A stretch of 64,000 nucleotides of DNA from Antedon mediterranea (taxonomy: Eukaryota; Animalia; Echinodermata), in contig NC_092677.1 in NCBI RefSeq assembly GCF_964355755.1, positions 21,563,175-21,627,174 of the forward strand. Reading direction: 5' to 3'. Below are positions 13,901 to 25,363 of the stretch, piece by piece. The position numbers and the translations under genes are program-made. Each line of letters opens with the position of its first letter. The stretch's first letter is position 1. The notes below the pieces were generated by a model that saw nothing but the letters and a program-made list of their open reading frames with translations, had not been told where the DNA came from and made no database searches.

Positions 13901-14339
13901 TTACGCCACAAACCAGTAGATGACTGAAGAGCTGATAATAGTCTATTTATATGAAATGAATTATCAATCAATGAAAAATAATGCCATGCAACTTTGTTTC
14001 TGATTTTTAAAAATATCCATTTGTTTAGGCCTGACATTCACAACCCTAAAAAATATCTCATTTTCAAAAAAAATATTTATTTTCAATAAGAAAAAAAAAA
14101 GCAATATCTCTAGAGGTTGGAACCCGCTACTGAGAGCACTCAAACCTGGGTATTACCCGTTACGCCACAAACCAGTAGATGACTGAAGAGCTGATAATAG
14201 TCTATTTATATGAAATGAATTATCAATCAATGAAAAATAATGCCATGCAACTTTGTTTCTGATTTTAAAAAAGGTCCACTTGACTTGACATTTACAACCC
14301 TCAAAATATCTCACTTTCAAAAACAATATTTTTTTCAAT

Positions 14340-14360
14340 AAAAAAAAAAAAGAAACAAAA
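14340..14360 (-). terminator. Oligo-T Pol III terminator (representative; the plus-strand poly(A) tract of each monomer)
   Basis: T4 followed by a long T run starts about 10 nt after the B box on the minus strand. There is no T4 run between the A and B boxes in this copy. Confidence 0.6.
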
Positions 14361-14370
14361 TATCCGTAGA

Positions 14371-14380
14371 GGTTCGAACC
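14371..14380 (-). promoter_or_regulatory. Pol III B box (TFIIIC site; representative copy; palindromic)
   Basis: GGTTCGAACC matches GTTCRANNC and is its own reverse complement. Confidence 0.8.
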
Positions 14381-14412
14381 CACTAGTGAGAGCACTCAAA
14401 CTTGAGCATTAC

Positions 14413-14423
14413 CCGTTACGCCA
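14413..14423 (-). promoter_or_regulatory. Pol III type-2 A box (representative copy)
   Basis: TGGCGTAACGG matches the consensus TRGCNNARYGG at all positions. Some monomers carry AGGCGTAACGG instead. Confidence 0.75.
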
Positions 14424-14458
14424 CAAACCAGTAGATGACTGAAGAGCTGATAATACTC

Positions 14459-14466
14459 TATTTATA
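14459..14466 (-). promoter_or_regulatory. TATA-like element upstream of the tRNA-like unit (representative copy)
   Basis: Minus-strand TATAAATA begins 30 nt upstream of a pyrimidine-A candidate start (TCATC, A at 14436) and is present in nearly all monomers. The AT-rich background lowers certainty. Confidence 0.5.
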
Positions 14467-17400
14467 TGAAATAAATAATAAATCAATGAAAAATAATGCC
14501 ATGCAACTTTGTTTCTGATTTTAAAAAAGGTCCACTTGTTTAGGTCTGACATTTACAACCCTCAAAATATCTCACTTTCAAAAACAATATTTATTTTCAA
14601 TAAAAAAAAAAAAAAAAAAAAATATTCGTAGAGGTTCGAACCCACTGCTGCGAGAACTCAAACCTGAGCATTACCCGTTACGCCTCAAACCAGTAGATGA
14701 CTGAAGAGCTGATAATACTCTATTTATATGAAATTAATAATAAATCAATGAAAAATAATGCAATGCAACTTTGTTTCTGATTTTAAAAAAGGTTCACTTG
14801 TTTAGGCCTGACATTTACAACCCTCAAAATATCTCACTTTCAAAAACAATATTTATTTTAAATAAAAAAAAAAAAGAAACAAAATATCCGTAGAGGTTCG
14901 AACCCACTAGTGTGAGCACTCAAACTTGAGCATTACCCGTTACGCCACAAACCAGTAGATGACTGAAGAGCTGATAATACTCTATTTATATGAAATAAAT
15001 AATAAATCAATGAAAAATAATGCCATGCAACTTTGTTTCTGATTTTAAAAAAGGTCCACTTGTTCAGGCCTGATATTTACAACCCTCAAAATATCTCACT
15101 TTCAAAAACCATATTTATTTTCAATTTAAAAAAAAAGAAAAAAAAATATCCCTAGAGGTTCGACCCACTACTCAGAGCACTCAAACCTGAGCATTACCCG
15201 TTACGCCACAAACCAGTAGATGACTGAAGAGCTGATAATAGTCTATTTATATGAAATAAATGATCAATCAATGAAAAATAATGCCATGCAACTTTGTTTC
15301 TGATTTTAAAAAAGGTCCACTTGTTTAGGCCTGACATTTACAACCCTCAAAATATCTCACTTTCAAAAACAATATTTATTTTCAAATAAAAAAAAAAAAA
15401 AAATATCCCTATAAGTTCGAACCGACTATTGAAATCACTCAAAACTGAGCATTACCCGTTACGCCGCAAACCAGTATATAACTGAAGAGCTGATAATAGT
15501 CTATTTATATGAAATGGATGATCAACCAATGAAAAATAATGCCATGCAACTTTGTTTCTGATTTTAAAAAAGGTCCACTTGTTTAGGCCTGACATTTACA
15601 ACCCTCAAAATATCTCACTTTCAAAAACAATATTTATTTTCAATTTAAAAAAAAAAAAAATCCTTAGAGGTTCGAACCCACTACTGAAAGCACTCAAACC
15701 TGAGCATTATCCGTTACGCCACAAACCAGTAGATGACTGCGGAGCTGATAATAGTCCATTTATATGAAATGAATGATCAATCAATGAAAAATAATGCCAT
15801 GCAACTTTGTTTCTGATTTTAAAAAAGGTCCACTTGTTTAGGCCTGACATTTACAACCCTCAAAATATCTCACTTTCAAAAACAATATTTATTTTCAATA
15901 AAAAAAAAAAAAAAAAAAAAAATATTCGTAGAGGTTCGAACCCACTACTGCGAGAACTCAAACCTGAGCATTACCCGTTACGCCTCAAACCAGTAGATGA
16001 CTGAAGAGCTGATATAACAGTCTATTTATATGAAATGAATGATCCATCAATGTAAAATGATGTTATGCAACTTTGTTTCTGATTTTAAAAAAAGGTCCAC
16101 TTGGTTAGGCTTGACATTTAAAACCCTCAAAATATCTCACTTTCAAAAACCATATTTATTTTCAATTTAAAAAAAAAGAAAAAAAATATCCCTTGAGGTT
16201 CGACCCACTACTCAGAGCACTCAAACCTGAGCATTACCCGTTACGCCTCAAACCAGTAGATCACTGAAGAGCTGATAATACTCTATTTATATGAAATGAA
16301 TAATAAATCAATGAAAAATAATGCCATGCAACTTTGTTTCTGATTTTAAAAAAGGTTCACTTGTTTAGGCCTGACATTTACAACCCTCAAAATATCTCAC
16401 CTTCAAAAACAATATTTATTTTCAAATAAAAAAAAAAAGAAAAAAAATTTCCCTAGAAGTTCGAACCCACTATTGAAATCACTCAAACCTGAGCATTACC
16501 CGTTCGCCGCAAACCATTTTATGACTGAAGAGCTGATAATAGTCTATTTATATGAAATGGATGATCAATCAATGAAAAATAATGCCATGCAACTTTGTTT
16601 CTGATTTTAAAAAAGGTTCACTTGTTTAGGCCTGACAGTTGCAACCCTCAAAATATCTCACTTTCAAAAACAATATTTATTTTCAATTAAAAAAAAAAGA
16701 AAAAAAAAATACCCGTATAGGTTCGAACCCACTACTGAGAGCACTCAAACCTGAGCATTACACGTTACGCCACAAACCAGTAGATGACTGAGGAGCTGAT
16801 AATAGTCTATATATATGAAATGAATGATCAACCAATGAAAAATAATGCCATGCAACTTTGTTTCTGATTTTAAAAAAGGTCCACTTGTTTAGGCCTGACA
16901 TTTACAACCCTCAAAATATCTCACTTTCAAAAACAATATTTATTTTCAATTTAAAAAAAAAAAAATCCTTTGAGGTTCGAACCCACTACTGAAAGCACTC
17001 AAACCTGAGCATTACCCGTTACGCCACAAACCAGTAGATGACTGCGGAGCTGATAATAGTCCATTTATATGAAATGAATGATCAATCAATGAAAAATAAT
17101 GCCATGCAACTTTGTTTCTGATTTTAAAAAAGGTCCACTTGTTTAGGCATGACATTTACAACCCTCAAAATATCTCACTTTCAAAAACAATATTTATTTT
17201 CAATAAAAAAAAAAAAAAAAAAAAAATATTCGTAGAGGTTCGAACCCACTACTGCGAGAACTCAAACCTGAGCATTACCCGTTACGCCTCAAACCAGTAG
17301 ATGACTGAAGAGCTGATATAACAGTCTATTGATATGAAATGAATGATCCATCAATGTAAAATGATGTTATGCAACTTTGTTTCTGATTTTAAAAAAAGGT

Positions 17401-19599
17401 CCACTTGGTTAGGCTTGACATTTAAAACCCTCAAAATATCTCACTTTCAAAAACCATATTTATTTTCAATTTAAAAAAAAAGAAAAAAAATATCCCTTGA
17501 GGTTCGACCCACTACTCAGAGCACTCAAACCTGAGCATTACCCGTTACGCCACAAACCAGTAGATAACTGAAGAGCTGATAATAGTCTATTTATATGAAA
17601 TGAATGATCAATCAATGAAAAATAATGCCATGCAACTTTGTTTCTGATTTTAAAAAGGTCCACTTGTTTAGGCCTGACATTTACAACCCTCAAAATATCT
17701 CACTTTCAAAAACAATATTTTTTTCAATAAAAAAAAAAAGAAAAAAAATATTCGTAGAGGTTCGAACCCACTACTGCGAGAACTCAAACCTGAGCATTAC
17801 CCGTTACGCCTCAAACCAGTAGATGACTGAAGAGCTGATAATACTCTATTTATATGAAATTAATAATAAATCAATGAAAAATAATGCCATGCAACTTTGT
17901 TTCTGATTTTAAAAAAGGTCCACTTGTTTAGGCCTGACATTTACAACCCTCAAAATACCTCACTTTCAAAAACAATATTTATTTTAAATAAAAAAAGAAA
18001 AAGAAACAAAATATCCGTAGAGGTTCGAACCCACTAGTGAGAGCACTCAAACTTGAGCATTACCCGTTACGCCACAAACCAGTAGTTGACTGAAGAGCTG
18101 ACAATACTCTATTTATATGAAATGAATGATCAATCAATGAAAAATAATGCCATGCAACTTTGTTTCTGATTTTAAAAAAGGTCCACTTGTTTAGGCCTGA
18201 CATTTACAACCCTCAAAATATCTCACTTTCAAAAACAATATTTTTTTCAATAAAAAAAAAAAGAAAACAAATATTCGTAGAGGTTCGAACCCACTACTGC
18301 GAGAACTCAAACCTGAGCATTACCCGTTACGCCTCAAACCAGTAGATGACTGAAGAGCTGATAACACTCTATTTATATGAAATTAATAATAAATCAATGA
18401 AAAATAATGCCATGCAACCTTGTTTCTGATTTTAAAAAAGGTTCACTTGTTTAGGCCTGACATTTACAACCCTCAAAATATCTCACTTTCAAAAACAATA
18501 TTTATTTTCAATAAAAAAAAAAAAAAAAAAAATATTCGTAGAGGTTCGAACCCACTACTGCGAGAACTCAAACCTGAGCATTACCCGTTACGCCTCAAAC
18601 CAGTAGATGACTGAAGAGCTGATATAACAGTCTATTTATATGAAATGAATGATCCATCAATGTAAAATGATGTTATGCAACTTTGTTTCTGATTTTAAAA
18701 AAAGGTCCACTTGGTTAGGCTTGACATTTAAAACCCTCAAAATATCTCACTTTCAAAAACCATATTTATTTTAAATTTAAAAAAAAAGAAAAAAAATATC
18801 CCTTGAGGTTCGACCCACTACTCAGAGCACTCAAACCTGAGCATTACCCGTTACGCCACAAACCAGTAGATAACTGAAGAGCTGATAATAGTCTATTTAT
18901 ATGAAATGAATGATCAATCAATGAAAAATAATGCCATGCAACTTTGTTTCTGATTTTAAAAAAGGTCCACTTGTTTAGGCCTGACATTTACAACCCTCAA
19001 AATATCTCGCTTTCAAAAACAATATTTATTTTCAATTAAAAAAAAAAGAAAAAAAATATTCGTAGAGGTTCGAACCCACTACTGCGAGAACTCAAACCTG
19101 AGCATTACCCGTTACGCCTCAAACCAGTAGATGACTGAAGAGCTGATAATACTCTATTTATATGAAATTAATAATAAATCAATGAAAAATAATGCCATGC
19201 AACTTTGTTTCTGATTTTTAAAAAAGGTCCACTTGTTTAGGCCTGACATTTACAACCCTCAAAATATCTCACTTTCAAAAACCATATTTATTTTCAATTT
19301 AAAAAAAAAAGAATAAAAGTATCCCTAGAGGTTCGACCCACTACTCAGAGCACTCAAACCTGAGCATTACTCGTTACGCCACAAACCAGTAGATGACTGA
19401 AGAGCTGGTAATAGTCTATTTATATGAAATGAATTATCAATCAATGAAAAATAATGCCATGCAACTTTGTTTCTGATTTTAAAAAAGATCCATTTGTTTA
19501 GGCCTGACATTTAAAACCCTAAAAAATATCTCATTTTCAAAAAAAATATTTATTTTCAATAAGAAAAAAAAAAGCAATATCCCTAGAGGTTGGAACCGG

Positions 19600-22500
19600 C
19601 TACTGAGAGCACTCAAACCTGGGTATTACCCGTTACGCCACAAACCAGTAGATAACTGAAGAGCTGATAATAGTCTATTTATATGGAATTAATGATCAAT
19701 CAATGAAAAATATTGCCATGCAACTTTGTTTCTGATTTTAAAAAAGGTCCACTTGTTTAGGCCTGACATTTACAACCCTCAAAATATCTCACTTTCAAAA
19801 ACAATATTTTTTTCAATAAAAAAAAAAAAAAAAAAAAATATTCGTGGAGGTTCGAACCCACTACTGCGAGAACTCAAACCTGAGCATTACCCGTTACGCC
19901 TCAAACCAGTAGATGACTGAAGAGCTGATAATACTCTATTTATATGCAATTAATAATAAATCAATGAAAAATAATGCCATGCAACTTTGTTTCTGATTTT
20001 AAAAAAGGTTCACTTGTTTAGGCCTGACATTTACAACCCTCAAAATATCTCACTTTCAAAAACAATATTTATTCAAAATAAAAAAAAAAAAAAATATCCG
20101 TAGAGGTTCGAACCCACTAGTGAGAGCACTCAAACTTGAGCATTACCCGTTACGCCACAAACCAGTAGATAACTGAAGAGCTGATAATAGTCTATTTATA
20201 TGAAATGAATTATTAATCAATGAAAAATAATGCCATGCAACTTTGTTTCTGATTTTTAAAAAGGTCCACTTGTTTAGGCCTGACATATTTACAACCCTCA
20301 AAATATCTCACTTTCAAAAACAATATTTATTTTAAATAAAAAAAAAAAAAAATATCCGTAGAGGTTCGAACCCACTAGTGAGAGCACTCAAACTTGAGCA
20401 TTACCCGTTACGCCACAAACCAGTAGATAACTGAAGAGCTGATAATAGTCTATTTATATGAAATGAATGATCAATCAATGAAAAATAATGCCATGCAACT
20501 TTGTTTCTGATTTTAAAAAAGGTCCACTTGTTTAGGCCTGACATTTACAACCCTCAAAATATCTCACTTTCAAAAACAATATTTTTTTTGAATAAAAAAA
20601 AAAAAGAAAACAAATATGCGTAGAGGTTCGAACCCACTACTGCGAGAACTCAAACCTGAGCATTACCCGTTACGCCTCAAAGCAGTAGATGACTGAAGAG
20701 CTGATAATACTCTATTTATATGAAATTAATAATAAATCAATGAAAAATAATGCCATGCAACTTTGTTTCTGATTTTAAAAAAGGTCCACTTGTTTAGGCC
20801 TGACATTTACAACCCTAAAAATATCTCATTTTCAAAAAAAATATTTATTTTCAATAAGAAAAAAAAAAGCAATATCCCTAGAGGTTGGAACCCGCTACTG
20901 AGAGCACTCAAACCTGGGTATTACCCGTTACGCCACAAACCAGTAGATAACTGAAGAGCTGATAATAGTCTATTTATATGGAATTAATGATCAATCAATG
21001 AAAAATAATGCCATGCAACTTTGTTTCTGATTTTAAAAAAGGTCCACTTGTTTAGGCCTGACATTTACAACCCTCAAAATATCTCACTTTCAAAAACAAT
21101 ATTTTTTTCAATAAAAAAAAAAATAAAAAAAATATTCGTGGAGGTTCGAACCCACTACTGCGAGAACTCAAACCTGAGCATTACCCGTTACGCCTCAAAC
21201 CAGTAGATGACTGAAGAGCTGATAATACTCTATTTATATGAAATTAATAATAAATCAATGAAAAATAATGCCATGGAACTTTGTTTCTGATTTTAAAAAA
21301 GGTTCACTTGTTTAGGCCTGACATTTACAACCCTCAAAATATCTCACTTTCAAAAACAATATTTATTCAAAATAAAAAAAAAAAAAAATATCCGTAGAGG
21401 TTCGAACCCACTAGTGAGAGCACTCAAACTTGAGCATTACCCGTTACGCCACAAACCAGTAGATAACTGAAGAGCTGATAATAGTCTATTTATATGAAAT
21501 GAATTATTAATCAATGAAAAATAATGCCATGCAACTTTGTTTCTGATTTTTAAAAAGGTCCACTTGTTTAGGCCTGACATATTTACAACCCTCAAAATAT
21601 CTCACTTTCAAAAACAATATTTATTTTAAATAAAAAAAAAAAAAAATATCCGTAGAGGTTCGAACCCACTAGTGAGAGCACTCAAACTTGAGCATTACCC
21701 GTTACGCCACAAACCAGTAGATAACTGAAGAGCTGATAATAGTCTATTTATATGAAATGAATGATCAATCAATGAAAAATAATGCCATGCAACTTTGTTT
21801 CTGATTTTAAAAAAGGTCCACTTGTTTAGGCCTGACATTTACAACCCTCAAAATATCTCACTTTCAAAAACAATATTTTTTTTGAATAAAAAAAAAAAAG
21901 AAAACAAATATGCGTAGAGGTTCGAACCCACTACTGCGAGAACTCAAACCTGAGCATTACCCGTTACGCCTCAAAGCAGTAGATGACTGAAGAGCTGATA
22001 ATACTCTATTTATATGAAATTAATAATAAATCAATGAAAAATAATGCCATGCAACTTTGTTTCTGATTTTAAAAAAGGTCCACTTGTTTAGGCCTGACAT
22101 TTACAACCCTAAAAATATCTCATTTTCAAAAAAAATATTTATTTTCAATAAGAAAAAAAAAAGCAATATCCCTAGAGGTTGGAACCCGCTACTGAGAGCA
22201 CTCAAACCTGGGTATTACCCGTTACGCCACAAACCAGTAGATAACTGAAGAGCTGATAATAGTCTATTTATATGGAATTAATGATCAATCAATGAAAAAT
22301 AATGCCATGCAACTTTGTTTCTGATTTTAAAAAAGGTCCACTTGTTTAGGCCTGACATTTACAACCCTCAAAATATCTCACTTTCAAAAACAATATTTTT
22401 TTCAATAAAAAAAAAAATAAAAAAAATATTCGTGGAGGTTCGAACCCACTACTGCGAGAACTCAAACCTGAGCATTACCCGTTACGCCTCAAACCAGTAG

Positions 22501-22650
22501 ATGACTGAAGAGCTGATAATACTCTATTTATATGAAATTAATAATAAATCAATGAAAAATAATGCCATGGAACTTTGTTTCTGATTTTAAAAAAGGTTCA
22601 CTTGTTTAGGCCTGACATTTACAACCCTCAAAATATCTCACTTTCAAAAA
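19600..22650. repeat. 5-monomer higher-order repeat, period about 1294 bp
   Basis: The rare insertion TGACATATTT occurs at 20281 and 21575. Identical ORF translations at 20763/22057 and 21021/22315. Boundaries approximate. Confidence 0.85.
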
Positions 22651-24654
22651 CAATATTTGTTTTAAATAAATAAAAAAAAAAATATCCGTAGAGGTTCGAA
22701 CCCACTAGTGAGAGCACTCAAACTTGAGCATTACCCGTTACGCCACAAACCAGTAGATAACCGAAGAGCTGATAATAGTCTATTTATATGAAATGAATGA
22801 TCAATCAATGAAACATAATGCCATGCCACTTTGTTTCTGATTTTAAAAAAGGTCCACTTGTTTAGGCCTGACATTTACAACCCTCAAAATATCTCACTTT
22901 CAAAAACAATATTTATTTTAAATAAAAAAAAAAAAAAAAAAATATCCGTAGAGGTTCGAACCCACTAGTGAGAGCACTCAAACTTGAGCATTACCCGTTA
23001 CGCCACAAACCAGTAGATAACTGAAGAGCTGATAATAGTCTATTTATATGAAATGAATGATCAATCAATGAAAAATAATGCCATGCAACTTTGTTTCTGA
23101 TTTTAAAAAAGGTCCACTTGTTTAGGCCTGACATTTACAACCCTCAAAATATCTCACTTTCAAAAACAATATTTTTTTTGAATAAAAAAAAAAAAGAAAA
23201 AAAATATTCGTAGAGGTTCGAACCCACTACTGCGAGAACTCAAACCTAAGCATTACCCGTTACGCCTCAAACCAGTAGATGACTGAAGAGCTGATAATAC
23301 TCTATTTATATGAAATTAATAATAAATCAATGAAAAATAATGCCATGCAACTTTGTTTCTGATTTTAAAAAAGGTTCACTTGTTTAGGCCTGACATTTAC
23401 AACCCTAAAAATATCTCACTTTCAAAAACAATATTTATTTTAAATAAAAAAAAAAAAAAGAAACAAAATATCCGTAGAGGATCGAACCCACTAGTGAGAG
23501 CACTCAAACTTGAGTATTACCCGTTACGCCACAAACCAGTAGATGACTGAAGAGCTGATAATACTCTATTTATATGAAATAAATAATAAATCAATGAAAA
23601 ATAATGCCATGCAACTTTGTTTCTGATTTTAAAAAAGGTCCATTTGTTTAGGCCTGACATTTACAACCCTCAAAATATCTCACTTTCAAAAACAATATTT
23701 ATTTTCAATAAAAAAAAAAAAAAATATTCGTAGAGGTTCGAACCCACTACTGCGAGAACTCAAACCTGAGCATTACCCGTTACGCCTCAAACCAGTAGAT
23801 GACTGAAGAGCTGATAATACTCTATTTATATGAAATTAATAATAAATCAATGAAAAATAATGCCATGCAACTTTGTTTCTGATTTTAAAAAAGGTTCACT
23901 TGTTTAGGCCTGACATTTACAATCCTCAAAATATCTCACTTTCAAAAACAATATTTATTTTCAATTAAAAAAAAAAATAAAAATATTCGTAGAGGTTCGA
24001 ACCCACTACTGCCAGAACTCAAACCGGAGCATTACCCGTTACGCCTCAAACCAGTAGATGACTGAAGAGCTGATAATACTCTATCTATATATAAATTTAC
24101 GTAAGGGCAAAATTTGATAAATCGCGGTTTATTTCTAGAATTTTTACTCGATGGTATATAAAGTTGGTTCATACTTTCGGTACTGATTTTAACCACCTGA
24201 TGTAACCCTGTTTACTAATTAAATTGAGTTAGATAATTAGTTATTGACGATTAAAACGAATTTAGGTTCAACGATTTGCCCCAAATAGGGGTGTTTTCCG
24301 ATCGTGGTATACACTGTCTAATTGATGTCCAACTTGAAAAATACCCGCACACAATAATACGAGGACGCTTCGCATTTTCCTATCTCTTCCTACGATAATT
24401 GTTTTTAATAGCTGAAAACCGGTTGAACTGCTCGAGTACAGCATCATAATGTTGAAGACAGGCCGATTTTCTTTAAAAAATACTATTTTGATAGATTTAA
24501 TTTACGTTTTTACAAATGTATTGATTTGCGATGAATGGAACATTCCAATCTCTCAGTCTGTAAATTTATGAGCCCTTGGAGAATAAACTTGCAATACTTT
24601 GACAATACAGTACTGCAAATACCTATTAACCATTTTTGGTCGTCATTTGAATCG

Positions 24655-24830
24655 AACATTTCTTACTGTGAATACTGTTAGATGTAAAAAAATATATACA
24701 AACATTTCTTACTGTGAATACTGTTAGATGTAAAAAAATATATACAAATAAACTTTATTACTGTGATTATGGGTAGGCTCTACTGTTAGATATATAAACA
24801 CGTAATATACAAATAAACTTTATTACTGAC
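24655..24830 (+). repeat. Internal 46-bp direct tandem repeat in the Helitron (2 exact copies plus degenerate extension)
   Basis: AACATTTCTTACTGTGAATACTGTTAGATGTAAAAAAATATATACA at 24655 and 24701, followed by two copies of AATAAACTTTATTACTG and a further TACTGTTAGAT. Confidence 0.9.
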
Positions 24831-24879
24831 AGTTGCTTCTCAACGTTTGCATTAATTAATAATTACAAAAAATATAAAC

Positions 24880-24911
24880 GTCGTAGTGGTGTATCGTTAC
24901 ACCACTACGAC
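24880..24911. repeat. Perfect 14-bp inverted repeat inside the Helitron
   Basis: GTCGTAGTGGTGTA-TCGT-TACACCACTACGAC. Confidence 0.93.
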
Positions 24912-25326
24912 TATGACAGTGACAGTTTTAACAAAGTATTAAATCGCAAATGTTTTACTATATTTAGTCACCGTTAGTGGTATATTATTTATAGGCCTAT
25001 AAAAAATGAAAACAATATTTCGTTACTGACATGGATAAAAAATATATTTAAAAATTGTTCCTCTTTGTACCTATCCTCTTTCCCATCCCTCAACCCTAAT
25101 TGGGTTTCTTTAAATGAATAAACAATTTGGACTCATTTTGTGGTAAGTTTCTCTTTCGGAAGTAATTCCCAGGGTGCTAATTTTGGTTGACTACATAAAT
25201 CATTGTGTCTACTTATTCGTTTCTGTAAACGACAATGTATTATAGTCCTGCGGTACGTGCATTTAAAATTGCCAGATTTTTTACCCTGAAATTACTGTGT
25301 ATTCGAGAACCATCTGTGGGCACGAT

Positions 25327-25363
25327 CTAGATGGTACGCGAGCGAAGCGAGCGTACCATCTAG
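25327..25363 (+). other. Helitron 3' terminal hairpin
   Basis: CTAGATGGTACGC (25327-25339) and GCGTACCATCTAG (25351-25363) form a perfect 13-bp inverted repeat around GAGCGAAGCGA. Confidence 0.92.

Larger units (their letters stand above)
14361..14436 (-). ncRNA. Representative tRNA-derived putative Pol III transcript unit (one per satellite B monomer); not a canonical tRNA
   Basis: Minus strand: ATCTACTGGTTTG-TGGCGTAACGG-GTAATGCTCAAGTTTGAGTGCTCTCACTAGTGG-GTTCGAACC-TCTACGGATA-TTTTGTTTC(T)n. A D-arm can form (GCGT/ATGC). T8-to-G53-equivalent spacing is 44 nt versus about 45 in tRNA. Acceptor and anticodon stems do not pair. Transcription is not demonstrated. Confidence 0.6.
24084..25363 (+). 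mobile_element. Non-autonomous Helitron (rolling-circle transposon), 1280 bp
   Basis: Starts TCTATATATAAA and ends with a GC-rich hairpin plus CTAG. It lies between A and T of the satellite sequence ACTCTA^TTTATATGAAA with no target-site duplication. No ORF of 60 aa or more in the track. Empty paralogous sites at 28234/5 and 33963/4. Confidence 0.93.

Noticed and set aside
14361-14430. Functional tRNA gene cluster (nominal anticodon GAG)
   Set aside because: Acceptor and anticodon stems do not pair and the T-stem has only about 3 pairs. The isotype cannot be assigned by eye.
15895-15925. Poly(A) length variation as a coding phase-variation switch
   Set aside because: There is no real gene to switch. 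Homopolymer slippage or sequencing error is sufficient explanation.
24084-25363. TIR transposon/MITE, retroelement, or captured coding exon
   Set aside because: No terminal inverted repeats, target-site duplication, LTR or poly(A) tail, and no ORF in the track. Small captured fragments cannot be excluded without BLASTX.
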